Assembly (NCBI GenBank): GCA_000708835.1
Contig: DF237036.1
Location: 1 to 64,000, forward strand
Direction of reading: 5' to 3'
Length of the DNA: 64,000 bases
DNA from: Klebsormidium nitens
Lineage: Eukaryota > Plantae > Klebsormidiophyceae
Positions 1-36,337 of the stretch are shown piece by piece (the first letter of the stretch is position 1; each line of letters opens with the position of its first letter). The notes under the pieces are model-generated. The model saw only the letters and a program-made list of their open reading frames with translations, had not been told where the DNA came from and made no database searches. Position numbers and translations under genes: made by a program.

Positions 1-1313
1 GCGTAACAGCCGGTTTTGCACCCTAGGTGGCTTGTGTGGAATGGTATCATGCTTGAGCGCCACAATATCATTGCCCGAGTAGGCCTTGTCAGCCACGCGG
101 CCGGCTCAGTGCACTGAACACTGAGTCATTAATGGCGCGGGCCATGCATTGAAGCCGCCATGCATTGATCGACCACTCAGTACTTGGCTCATGCATGCGC
201 ACGTCTCATCAGTAAGCATTAGTACCCAGAAACGATGCGCATGCACACGGTGATGTTCAAGATTAGTCTGCGCGCGCAACTCTCAAGTTGCTTACGCACC
301 ACTGAGGCCTCGAGCACGTTGACAACGTACACTGAAATGCGCGCCGGCCAGTCTTTGCATATTTATGCTTTGAGTAATTTACGTTCTTATTTGTCTGACG
401 CTCTCAAACTTATAATCGACCTTGTTATCATGGCTTGTGTGACACTATCGGAATATCGCCAAAGAGCTAAGCCCACGGCTGCCAACTCATTGATTCGAGT
501 CGGGTAAGCTTTCAACCAGGGCGACTTGTACCACAGGACGTGGCCAGTCCACGAGTCTGTGCGGTACGATGAGGTCCTTGGATCTGACGGGTCAATACGA
601 TCTCACGGGCACATAAGTAGATGCCCGGACAATGGTTGCCGCATAGAATACACCATGATACAACGAACTGGTTTATGTGTAGCGATACTCACTTGATGAC
701 TCTACTTATGTTACAGGTCGATGAGATTGCCTCTTGACGAGATTCTCCTTTGCAAAGCTGCCAGGTTTGCAACGCTTGAGGATCGCGATGAGTACTCTTG
801 TACCTGCGGAAAGCCCAACGGCTGGTTTCATCATTCGAAACCAGGTTCAATCGTGGGACAATGAGAGTTCTTCTTAGAGCGAGTACTTCTAGTATCGGAT
901 AAGCAGGGTTGGTCTAAGATGATCAGCGTTATTTGCCGCCTTCCTAACAAGTCCAAACGCAAGGTGCACAACGTGAGATATCTACTGGAGGTCTTGTAAC
1001 GGATGTCCTCTTCCATAATTCCGGTTGGGGCATGAAACATAAGATCCCTCTTCTAAAGGAAGACGTTTCTGTGGCCCAGACGATATTAGTACTGTCTGGG
1101 CTCTTTGTACCCTATCGGCACAGTCGTAGCTCGAATCTCTGCTGAGTCAAAGAAGCAGCCAAACTGACCGTTGACGGTTTGCTTCTGCCGCCACCCTTTG
1201 TAAGACCCCCTTCCAAGCTGCGTCTAGTGAATCCGGAGCGCTTCTCAGTAAGGAGGTAATGCAAACGTAGCACCAGGAGTTGAGCGCAGAACGGTCAAGG
1301 TTCGAGAGCTCAC

Positions 1314-24338
<23,025 letters not shown>

Positions 24339-27194
24339 GGCTGTTGTTCAATCTTGCAAGGCCAGATTTACTGTGCTCCAGTCTGCAACAAGCAATCCAG
24401 TCCCCAGAGTTCTTTTGCACAGTTTGTGTAGACGTGCACCAGCATCTGAGCACTTTCGTCAGCACCTCATCTGCATAAAATCAGTAATCACAGCCGTCAT
24501 GACCTGGCATGCACTGCAGTGAGCTTACATCAGCTGCGCCATGCTTCAGCACAACTCTGGAAGTCTTCTGCTAAACTAATCTTTGAGAGACTCCAATTCT
24601 GGGGGTCCTCTTGGGGCTGGAGGCCCTGCTGCACCTTGAACCACAAGGATCATTCAGCCGCTCGTTTCCAATTTCCATGCCAGCCAACGCAGTGAGGCGC
24701 CATCATGCATTGAAAGCTGATCAACATATGCTTCTCAGGGCCAGCTGGCTGAAGTTTCAGCCTGACCTGTGCAATTTCTCCAAAAACATGGTTAAATTGT
24801 CGATCCTCTTCCGCTAAAAGCGGTCAGATGATCAGCAGCCCAGAGTCCACGGGCGAGAGTGGTCAACTGGGTATCAACCTCACTCAATGGGTTGGACCCT
24901 AACCAATCAATCCGTTGGTCAGTCACAACGGACTCCGGCGGAACTTTGATCAGCTCAGGACGGACTCAAATCAGGCAGAATATGTTCTGGCGTTTACTGC
25001 AGGCTGTGTGCGACAATTTTGACATCGGCCAACAGCTGATAACCATCTTGGCCATCATTTGCATTATCATGGATTGTGCCTATATGACTACGTGCCACCT
25101 ATGTAGAGAGTCAGTGAGCGCTGGACAGTACCTTTATTCTGGCCCAGCGGCGCGGGGGCGGCTCAATTTGTGAGTCCCCCACTGAAGAATCTGCAGCAGA
25201 CTGGGTACTCCTCTGCGTGCGTGTAAATCAGTCTTCAGATTAAAAACTGGCCCAGTGAAATGTTAACATCATGTGCAGACAAGTGACTGCAGTCATGAAT
25301 CTAAGCTCGCGGCCGCATCATCGCAGCAGAACTGGTGCATGGACTCGAATCGGCCGACCGCAGTACTATGTGCAGCTGTGTAAGTCCCGTTTGACGTTAC
25401 AAGATCTGCATCATCGGTTCCAGGCTTTGCGACGTGGGAAATTCTTTTCCGTGCATTGGATTTTCTAGTCAAATTATGTTCCCCGGGAAGCTTGTGCCCC
25501 TAATGCGAATGGATATCAGGGGCATCGAATCGGGAATGGACCACCCTTGGTGGAAGGGAACTTATGGCAACCGCGAACTAAGCTTGCCAAGCACCGTGAT
25601 TCTTCATGTGCATTCTCTGGGATGACCAATGAAGTTTCTACTCTGTACCGTTGCCTTCGAAGGCAACGAGTAGCCAAAATAAAAGCTGTTTGTCAAGGCT
25701 TCAGCTTCGAATAACTAGATGAAATAGGTTGTAAACGTCTCACGATTGTTTGCAGATGGTCGAAGGCGCAGCATGGGCTTCCGTAATAGATTACGGCTTG
25801 CAGATTCACCGTGACACTGGATCACATTTGGGATCGTATCGCTCCATCTTAGAGAACATGTAGCATGTTTCTTGGCAGCATGAAGAAGCCCTGAAATCAC
25901 CCGGCAATGACTCGTACAACGTTGTGCTGTGCATTCTCAAAGTGACTCGTGCAAAAATGTGCGCTGCAAGTGAGAGGTCGCTGATCTTTTCTTGATTTAG
26001 CGACCTCTTAATTATCTAGGCCGGCCTGCCCAAAGTGACGATGCGGTGGATATATAAGCCCGGGGTGAGGGGTATATAAGACGAGATCGTACAGCATAAC
26101 GGCCCCGACTTCGTCCGTACTCATCAGACATTCCCGCGACAGCGCCTCCTTGAAACGGTAAAATCTGGCGTCCCCAACAGAACGGATGCGGAATTCAGGA
26201 GGTGAGGACACGTGGAGTCAACAGAACGGACGTCCTGGACCTGACACGTGGGTGGAGGGTCTTGCGAAGGACTACGAACCTGAATCCCAGGAACGGAGTC
26301 TGCCCTCAGAAGATGCGCGTGTGAGAAGTTCACAGAAGTGGTCTGGAAGAGCAGCGGAAGCGAGGGGGCGCTACGAGCTTATCGGGTGGCAGTGGTATGA
26401 CCGGTTTCAGCTTTGAACGTCAGTCCGACCAAAGCAGAGTCGAGCAAGGGTAACAAAAAAGGAGGAGTAAAAGCAGAACGGCAGACGAGCGCAAGTCGAA
26501 TTGGCAGACGGAGAACGGAATGAGCAGGAAACGGAACTGAAGCTCACCGTGTCCGCCGTAAGAAGCAGACTTTCGAACGTAGGGGAGGCGCATTCTCACC
26601 AACCGGAGCGTAACAACTTTGCGGTGCTCAGCAGCGTGGTTTTAACGCTCCTCAGCGTTCAGCGGCCGCGTCCCGCAGGCCATACGAGGCCCCCGCGTAT
26701 GCCACGCCGGGCCGCGAAGCGGAATCATGGCGGTGAACACGTAAAAGGATTTTGAGAAGTCCATGGGTTTGGTTTGTCCATGATGACGACATCAAGGGGC
26801 CTCAGCAAAACGGTGACGAGGGGGGAATAATCTGCGAAGAGCGGATCGTTGCTTTGCAGGCCACTCAGAAGAGCGCGGGCGCGCTTGGGGCAGATTTACC
26901 CGTCCAAAAGATGCAGACTCGTTTCTTTCCGCTCCACGCTGCGGCGTTCCCTAGATCGGGTTCGGCTCCCATCTGAAGGGTTACGGCCGTAACGCGCTTG
27001 ACGCCCATGTCGTCGCTTCCGTCCCGTGACGGTTCCGCTTCCGCTGAGGCGGCTCCTTTTTTAAGAAGATTCTCTGAACCGAATCCTTGCTCTTTAACCG
27101 TGTTACTCCGCATGACTCGTTCGTTCGCCCGTTGCTTCACTCGTTCAAATTCCGGCCGCTCCCCTTTGAAGCTCCGGTTTGTGGGTCGGTTCTT

Positions 27195-27243
27195 GTTCCG
27201 TTCCGTTCCTTCCGTTTCGTTCCGTTCCGTTCCGTTCCGTCCC
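27195..27243. repeat. Imperfect (GTTCC)n pentanucleotide microsatellite
   Basis: gttccgttccgttccttccgtttcgttccgttccgttccgttccgt read directly. Confidence 0.85.
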
Positions 27244-29537
27244 GCTAGCTGCCAGTGGTGGGCTGCCAGATCCGTTTTTCCGTCAGGTAGCAAACCGACA
27301 TTCGTCGAAGTACATACGGCTGTCGATGAAACAGCTCCTGGCACCAGAAACGACTACCTTGAGTGTCCGATCCGCCCTCACTTCCAGCGATGTACCGCGG
27401 CGGGAGCGGACTCATCCGATCCGCCTTTCTTGTCAAGGCGGCACGAGATTCCAAGAATTCCACGGTCTCTCATAAACTGCACTTTCCGCCTGCCAAATAA
27501 CACCCCTTGCTTCTGAGCTCTCCTTCTCCTTCTTTCTAGCGGTCTTGGCAGACTCCTGTTGCGCAATTGAAGCAGGATTTAAAAGTCCCCGCTCTACTTT
27601 CCGTCCCAACTGAGTCTTTCAAGAGAGCTGGACTCTCGCCGAAAGGCAGCAAGAGAACGGCGGTACTTCGAGCCCCGTCACTGAAAGTTGCTCTTCTCCG
27701 AGTGCATCACTGAAATGCGTTCTGGTCTAAATCCTTCATCGAATCTCGCCCTTGCGTTCAGATTTTGCAGACGCGCTGAAGCGGGCCCGTAACTGCCTTC
27801 AATTGACTCTTCGGCGGCTTTGGTGTCCCAAGGAAGCTTTCCGAAAACCGTTTCTCCTTTCTTATTCCGTTCACCTCCGCTTTGCACGCTCCTGAGCCGT
27901 CCTTTTCCGTGCTTCTTCAATGATTCATTCGCCCAGAGGCTATCTTATTTGATTCTTCCCCGCCCACCGCTGTTTTGCAGCTGGCAGTCCGCCTACAAAT
28001 TGTTTCGCCAGCTCCTGTTCCGGCCGAATCCGTTCCCCGCGGATCCATCCGCTCGATTACAATCCTTCCAAGTCGTTCCGCCGGAATATAACCGGGTTCA
28101 CATGACATCGCCACAGCAAAGGTAATCTGTGTGCTGATCCCGAGCAGAGCCATCGCCACGTAAAGCTCGCACGTGCTACTGCTTATTGCAAAGAAAGTGT
28201 GACCCCGGATCAGCGCAAACAGCCCAACAACTAGCAAGGGAAAGTATAGTCCACCAACCCAAGACGGCCATCACGGCGCACAACCGTCGGGAGGATGGAT
28301 GAAAACTAGGTTGGTGCCAATACGGACCGCCAAAAGATGCTAAAGGCCGTTCTGATCCGACTGTGGTAACGAGTCATCCATGCAGCATCATGAATTTGGT
28401 GTGCGGGATCATCGAAGGAGCGGACTCAGGAACTCCATCCCCACCAGTGTTCCCATGTGAGGAAAAGTGCGGCGGCCTGGCAACGATTGAATTTACGGAT
28501 GAGCATTTGCCGGAGAGGCCGATCGGCCATTTGAGTAACCACACCTTCAGTCACGCGCATGTTCTTCTACCGTCTCCACTTCTCGTAAAGCTTGCATGAG
28601 CTGCGCGGTCGCGCTGTACTATAGCGAATGGACGACGGTCTCAAGTGAAGCGGTCTTTGATGAACATGCCTGTGCATCTAATCATGCAGGCGTTAAGTTC
28701 AGGATTGCAGAACTCAATCATTGCAGACCGGCCCCATGATCATCTAAGACGGTTCAATGTGTACGTGCGTGCCTGCATGGTATCCAATTGAATAACAAGT
28801 CTGCCAGGGCGCCGCGCAGGCCGCACATACCATACCTTGAAGTGCAAACTTAGCTACTAGAGGTGAAAGTTCACAATTAAGCCAGCCCGTCGGCGAACAA
28901 TATGCAAGCTACTAAACCATATATAGTCGCGTTCATGAAATCATGCATGCATCAGTGCCTGGTGCAGTCGGATCGGTCAAGCCGCTATAATCAGTCGGCC
29001 GGCGATGCTCAATTGAGTGTGAGTTCAACGGTTTAAACTCAAACTGCAAGTGGGGCGACAGTTACGGTAGAACAATTGTCCAAAAGTTGGACACTGGTTT
29101 GACTACCATGTCCCGATCTTGTTCGATTCCTCAAGTCGTATTGTTCAGGCTCACACACACTCAGGCTTGGCTGCGAACGGTAACAACGGTACGTAAAATT
29201 GACAAGCTACCGTACTGTACCCTCAACTTAGCTGCAATTTCAATTACTCTGCCCCATGTACGACGCAAGAAATCTCATCCACTGATAACTTGACAAGTAT
29301 CTCTCGCTGCCCACCGCACGTCACTCAAACAATGTTCATTCTAAGTAAAACGTGACGAAGCTTCCCGAATCACTGGCATCGTAGGGTGAGTGTGATTTAA
29401 TACCTAGGGCCGCTTCAACCAGAACTTCAAGGGCCCCTTCCTTGCACGCTCGAACGGATGAACCTGCAAGGAAGAGTCGCGACATTCTGTCAGCTGGTGA
29501 TTGGATGTATGGAAATCTTTCGAAGAGATACTCGAAA

Positions 29538-29567
29538 GATCTTTCGATCTTTCGATCTTTCGATCCG
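29538..29567. repeat. (TTTCGATC)x3 short tandem repeat
   Basis: gatctttcgatctttcgatctttcgatcc read directly. Confidence 0.8.
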
Positions 29568-30049
29568 GGACCCCGTGCGGAAGACAACATGGTCAGAAAG
29601 ACACTTCTGCTGTTCAAAGGCACTGGTCTTTCGAGGTCTCCCCGGTACAACCACATAAGAAAGCTGTGGTTGCTTTCCAGAGCTGAAACACTTGTACAAA
29701 GTTGCAAATCGGACATACATCTCAAAAGAAACTGAAGAAAGAGCCGCCCAATCTACCGTGGAACCTTTTGCTTCGCCAGGTTCTGAACTTAATGTCGTTT
29801 GACACCAGATGCAACCAGGTTTCTAGAATGATGCTGCAATAGTCACGATGTCTACTCGGATCATGTATACGCAACTAACTAGCCACAAAGCGTGGCGGCA
29901 AGACCATACTCTCTGAGTGCGCTCTGCACACAATATGAATCGTCCTTACCTGTGAGCCATCTCCCAACTGCCTGTACCACTCTCCACAGCCCATCTCCGC
30001 TTCAGCCTACCGCAACGCCGCATCAATTCCGCTCCACATTCCACCACCT

Positions 30050-33000
30050 CTAGCGCCAGTCACTGTGGCGCCGTCCTGAATTGCCACCGTCCTTTGGCGC
30101 CGGCCCCCGTCTGCTGCTGCTGCTCCCTGACTCGAAGCGCCAGTCGCGATTTTCATCCAATTGTCTCGGCCCAAAGCGCTCCCAGTCCTCAACCGGCCGG
30201 TAAGCCGAGCCGACAGACGGTCTGCGGCGCGTCCCGGAGCGAGCTCTCTCTGCGTTGGCGCCGCGGGACCAGTCGATATCGTGAGTACCATCCGAGAAGC
30301 AGCCGGCCTTGTCGTCCTCGTACCCGTCCGGCGACAGGCTGCGCCGCCGCTTCTCCGAGCGGCTGCCAGCGGACGTCATCTTGTGGTCACCGTGACGGTC
30401 CAGCTCCCTGTGGCTGTACACCGACCCCCCAGTGGAATAGTAGGCGCGGTCGCGGCCGTGGTCGCTCCGGGGGGGTGAGAACGCGGGCGATAGCTCCCCC
30501 CGGCTGTAACCGGACGCCGCGCCGGAGAAGGCGCTGTCGCGGTACCGGTCGCTCCGGGGGGCGAAATTGCAGAGGACCGCGGGGGAGGGGGCGTGGCGTA
30601 GCGCGTCGGGGCGGAGGTCGGGCACCGCGGCGGGGGGGACGTGGGCCCCCGGAGGGGAGAAAACGCCGGGTCCCGGGGCGGCGGTGAGCTCGGGTACATG
30701 GGCGGGGGAGACGCGGGGCCGCGCCGGGGAGGGGAGATGGCGCCCGGGGGATCGATAATGTGGACACGTGGCAAGCCTGGGCGCCCCCCGTGGACGGCTA
30801 ACCTCTCCTGGGTGAACCAGGCGGAGAAGATCTCCCCGCGGTGCTCGTCGTAATCAAATTCGACGAGGAGGTCGTCGAGCGGAAACTCGTCCGGGGGGGG
30901 CAGATTCTGCAGAAAGGAAACGGGGGTGGTTCAGCCTAGTTGTCGCAGGTGTCTACGTTCAAAGCTGGTGTGTCAGAAATTTGTCCGATGTGCGAGAAGG
31001 GCAGCAAGTATGTAAGTTGCGAAATAGCTGAAGCGCGGTGCCTGCAGAGTTAGAGTCGAAGGTTAAAGCAACCTTTGTGGAGACACGGCAGCCGGGGGCT
31101 GCCCTGCAAAGACCCAAAATAGTATCAGGCTGTTGGCCAGCGGGTCTCTCTGCTCGGGGTATCGGTCTGTTGACCAACGCCGACGTTCAGTCTGGTATGT
31201 AGCAATCAAGAACAGAAACGCTTGGACTTCGAGCCATTGACCTTCTTTCTACGTTCAAAGGAAAAAGCTCGGTGTCAAAGGGTGGGACATGAGAACGCTG
31301 GGGCCCCATCAGAACAGAATTGGACGCCCGTTTGCGATGTGGTGTCTGTGCCTCACGCCAGACAGTTGGGGCACGCGGGTAAGGAAGAAGAAATGGAGGC
31401 CCCTTGGACGCTGCGAAAAAGTATTCTCCAGTCCCGCCCCAAAAGCTGTGACATTGCGTTCGCAATCTCAATACGGAACAACAGGTTAGACTTCTGTGTC
31501 AGACTCGGTTTCTCAAAACGGTCGAGGACTGCAACCTAACATTTGACGCCCAAACTAGTCGAAACTTATACCCCTAAGCCGTTACTTTAACTTCTGGGCC
31601 TACCTTCCTGTGGACCCGGAAGTGGTCCCTGCTGAAAATATTCGTTCTGTCGACCCTGTCGTCTCTGTCCTGCTCCGCCTCGTAGGCCTCAAGCGCGCGG
31701 CATATGACATCCACGTCGTCTCGCTTGTTGTCGGCGTCCACGGCGTGGATCAGACCTGCCTTGGCATCGGGAACAGGATGGGATGGCGCCTGCAGAAATA
31801 GCGCAGGGAAATCTATGTGCAATGGTTGTGTATGCTTATAACCGACCGCTTTCCAGTCTCGCCCATCATTTAGCCGATTGAACGAGTCGGTTGCAGCCAG
31901 ATTTGCAAAAACAAGTGCGAAGCAATCTTGACACGTGGCAGCCAGCGACTGGTCTGAAAACTTCTGACGGGTACGCACTGTGCCACGTGGCAGCAACTGC
32001 TCTGTAGTCCACCGGTGAGGGATAAAGCAAAATGAAAAGATTCGACTTCTTTTGATTGAGGTTTTCATATTTGCTAGTTGTTGAGAGGTTGACTGCTCAA
32101 GGATACGTGGGAGAAGAGTCGTATGGAAAATTTGTTGCATCTCTGGCCCGCCAGTTTGCGCCAACTCGCGGCTGTTCATTCGTGCCAAAGTGATCCCAAC
32201 CATTGCCTTTTTGTCACTTTCCTGCTGCACGGCACTATGATTGGCTTGCTGGGGTTCACCCACAGCCTTGAACAAGATGGAACCGACCGGCGTTCGTAAT
32301 AACAACATTCATTGCCAAGATCTGACAAGGACTTATGTTAAACGGAATGCAATACACTCAGCCGCCAAGCAGAACAGAACAAGAGCTCCCAGGAGTCAAG
32401 GTCGTGGAGAGCATCTTCGTGTTTTTAAAGAAAGAGTCAAACACTTACCAATATTCCCCGTCTCGTTCATACGGGTATCTGCTGTACAGCAGATCCGCCG
32501 GGTTCTTGCTCGAGATCCGGCTCTTCCTCATAGAAAGCTCTAGGGTTCTCCCCGTACCCCAAGCCTTTCCGTACGTGAACAGGATGACCGCCTCCGGGTC
32601 GCAGCGCTCGAGGATGATCTTGCCGGTCCGCGGGTCGTGTGGAAGGGACCCCAGCACGTTCTCTCCGTCGCCGTAGATCTTGCCCCGGCTCCCGTTGCCT
32701 TCCGGGCCCTCGAGAACGTACCGACCCAGCGTCACCGGGTAATCATTCGGACCCCACGTTTTGTAAATGAACCTAAGTGTGGAGAAAGTTGTGGAGGAAG
32801 TCAGATATAAGAACTTCTCGTTGGCAGTGTCTAGAGAACAGAGAAAAGTATACGCTCTGCATCTGAAGAAGCAATGCTGTGCATTCGAAGCTGCAACGGT
32901 GCTTGCGGGAATGGAGATTAGAACTGCTGCCTTTCCCAGGACCCTGGATGCGGGAAACAGCGTGCGACTAAACTGAACGAGAGCTTTCCTGTGATTGCTT

Positions 33001-34408
33001 GCGTTGAAAAGACCTATAGCGGACCTTACTGGAAAGCAGCCTCAGGGACCAATGTTCAGAGCAACGCTGGCCAGCTTGCTGCGTGTTACAGGTTTACAAA
33101 ACAGCAATGGAGATGCCTGCCGGATCCCAAATGGTCAACTAAACAGTACTCACAGGAACCTAGTTCGTCACCACTGCTCCAGCCAAGCTTTCAGGGCTTG
33201 TTATAAACCCTTGTGTCATCCACATTGGTTTCTAAAACAGTCTGCTCCAAGGAATAGCGCAACTCTCTGGCGGCCCAGACATCTGCTCGCTTCTTTCTAT
33301 TTCAACCTCACCTGGTCGGTGCTGGAGATGGGACAGCGTTCCGCGCGGGGGGTGCTTGTGGTGCAGCGCTAGGTTTGTTGTCCACAGTGTTCGAGCTGCC
33401 AAAAACCGTTGTAGCTCCGCCTGTGACGCGGCTGATGCTGACATTTGCTACTGGCTGCTTCTCAACAAACGCCTTGCGACGGGCCTGCAAAGTGTTGTGC
33501 AGGTGACTTTAAGAAAAGGGCTGAAATTGATGAACACCTTTAGCTGGACTGTTAGTGGTACGGCATTGCAGTCAGGAGCTATAGTCGCTGACCCTGCTCG
33601 CAACTAATCTCGTTGAAGCATGCAATTCTTGAGCAACATCATGGCTGGGCTGCAAATTCAAACACAAACAGGGACAAGCACCAAGACTGAGAGCCAGTAA
33701 AACCGAAGAATGTTGGACCTTGAGTTTTACAGTGAACAAATGGCAAAAGCACAGAACTTGGAAATGAAAAGAAAGCAAGAGAATTGGAAAGGAAGGAGAA
33801 CACGAGATCGACAACCTACAAAACCCAGAGAAGGACCTGTTAAGCTATTCTGCCAGATTCAATACAAGGTTTTTACCAGCCATCAAGCCTCATCATCAGA
33901 AATATCACAAGAGGTTGAACAAGTGAACAAGCAAGGGTCGAAAAGAAGATGCTCCAGATGCTGCCTCCTTGCTGTTTGGCGCAAATTAAGCCCCAGCGGT
34001 CTAAAGCGCAAGCGGTCTCAAAGCACTCGCGGTCTCGAGCGGTGCAGTCACAAAGTGCTCGCGGTCGTAAAGCGCGTGGGGCACCATACAGCAAGGCAGG
34101 CAGCATCTGAAGCACCTTCTCCTTACCTCTCTGCTGCTGCCTTCAATGCTGGCCAGCCAGCGGTCAATGTTCTCCATCTTGTCGTTGCACCACTCAAAGC
34201 CCGCCCCCTTCTGTTCCGCTAGAAGGCGCGATGCGACCATCAGAAAGCTTTTGGCAAGGCGCTGCTCGTCCTTCTGGAAGCGCCGCTTGAAGTTCCCGTT
34301 GTCAAACTCCTTTCCGTTGCAAATGGCGTCCCTGACATATTGCCCCGCTCGAGACGTAAGGTCGTCTGACGGTTCTCCAAAGAACTTGTGGAGGCTCTGA
34401 GCCTCCAT
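30050..34408 (-). CDS. Uncharacterised multi-exon protein with C-terminal Pro/Ser/Arg-rich low-complexity tail; two 1-nt frame deficits
   Basis: Exons 34408-34127, 33484-33312, 32772-32449, 31789-31604 and 30906-30050 have canonical splice sites. The frame is continuous if one base is added at ~31755 and one in the G6 run at 30556-30561. No domain recognised. Confidence 0.65.
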
Positions 34409-36337
34409 TGCGGCACACTGCAAGAAGAGAGCGTGGGTTCAGATTAAGCACATGCGCAAAGTGCAACCACTTTAATACTCTCGGTGACATCAGATCTGTT
34501 GAAATGTTTCATCGCTTTTCACGGATGCTTGCTCCCTGCCTGATGAAGCAAAGGGAGCCTGCTGATATTTCAGGAACATGCAAAAGAAGCGATGAAATTT
34601 TTCGTGACTTGCTTTTGTTCACCATCTGATCCAAGGAAGCAATCAATGAATTTCTTGGTTCACTGCACATACTTTGCCCCACTCTCAGGTAGTACACTGA
34701 ACATTCCCACTTTGCTGACTGAGCCGCTTTGTTCTAAATGCCTTCAAATTGTCTGCTTGTTCAACACAATGCATGTGCAAAGTGATCATCTTCAAAGTTG
34801 CATCACCAACATGCACGCTGGGTTTCCTGATCGCTATGGTCGCATTCCACTTGACTTTCAAAACTTAGTGAAAACAAGTGCATCCCATGAGCGAAAGTAC
34901 TCGCAGTCTGCTCAAGCATCCACTTACTGGGACAGCAGCATACTGTATTCTCTTGCTATAAAGAGTACTGATCTCAAGTTCCTGTACCATGATCCCAATG
35001 CCGATCATTTGCCAGACTCCTAAGGCGATTGAAAAGTTGCTCACCTGTTTGAAGTCCTTGCGATAATTGCACTTAACCTAAGCCCGTGCTCTTTCCATCA
35101 GACGAGTAGATCTCCACATTGTAAGAAGCTGAAGCAACAACAGCTGCTACCTTAATGCACCTGGAAGAGGAAACAAGCTAGTTGAGCAATCTAGGAAAGT
35201 CATCCTAACTTTGTTCAGGAAGGCTGTGCTGGCTCTGATATACCACACAATCGAGTGGACGTGTATCAATTTCATCATAGTACTCTTGGCTTAGACATGC
35301 TGGCAGTCAACAACAATTGCACCACCTTTTCGAATTGAAACTAGTGGATACTTGACACGTTAATTCGAGTATCCAGCAGAAGCGAACGTTCTTATGGCAG
35401 CATTGTCCATTTTGTGACTTTGTGGACTAGAGGACTTCGCTTTGGATGTCGCAAACAGGCAGACTGATGCTGCGAGACGTCTGCGCAGCGGCTCCATCAA
35501 GCTTACCCGCTGACCCTGGATGACGCGCTTCTAGCTCCAATGCTGCGCACATGCAGTGGATGGCGCCGCTCCAGAGACTGGCACATCTTTACAAGAACCA
35601 GGCAAGCTTTTGTTCAGCGGTGTTGGCAGAGGGCAAAACGGTGAACAAGAGTTGAGCGTTTGAGTGCTTGCTTCAACTCATGAGTCTGCTGCAGATTGCA
35701 GCTGAGTACAGGACCTTTGGCGAATGCCTTAAGTAGGCTTTGAATGGTGACGGTGACGCTGGCCCCACAGATTCTGGCCGCGCGCGAACGCGCATTGAAT
35801 ATTCTCTATCATCGAACGGTGAAAGCTCGTCTTGATTCAACATCCAACGGTCTCATGCAGCTTAGACTGTTATTGATTGAGATCCCCCTTGCTCGATAGT
35901 GTCGGATTCCCGCCTCTAGTTCTCAGCTCGTTCAGCTGCATTGAGCCAGCGGCAGGGCTTCTCAAAATTCAACAGTAGAGCAGAAGGAGGTCAAAAAGTT
36001 GGCCTTCCTTTGCAGCTGATCAAGAGCAAATGTTGATGTTGATTGCGTTGGCCTCAACAAGAGAAAGCATAGTGTAAGCCATCACCATATGCGCCTGGGC
36101 CCAATCTGCATTAGTTCAAAAAGGAGCGGAGTACTAAGCGAGTAAGTCCTAGCAAACGTGGACTTTGATTTTTAATGGATCTTCAACAACAGAGTAGGAT
36201 ATTGCTCTGTAGTCGGAGGTCCTGGCTGCCTCGAGTATAATGCGCAGAGCTGTGTCTTCGAGCAGGGTGCATAACATTGACATTAACCAGCGGAGTGCAT
36301 TCACAGGATTCTCTGAGCCCAGGGAGCGCTAGTCAGA

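Noticed and set aside
530-900. Short protein-like plus-strand frames (e.g. MRLPLDEILLCKAARF)
   Set aside because: Too short, with no recognisable family and no consistent splice chain.
26865-27344. Minus-strand ORF with a faint ankyrin-like stretch (LQMGAEPDLGNAAAWSG)
   Set aside because: It lacks the TPLH motif, is partly encoded by the GTTCC microsatellite, and has no supporting exon chain.
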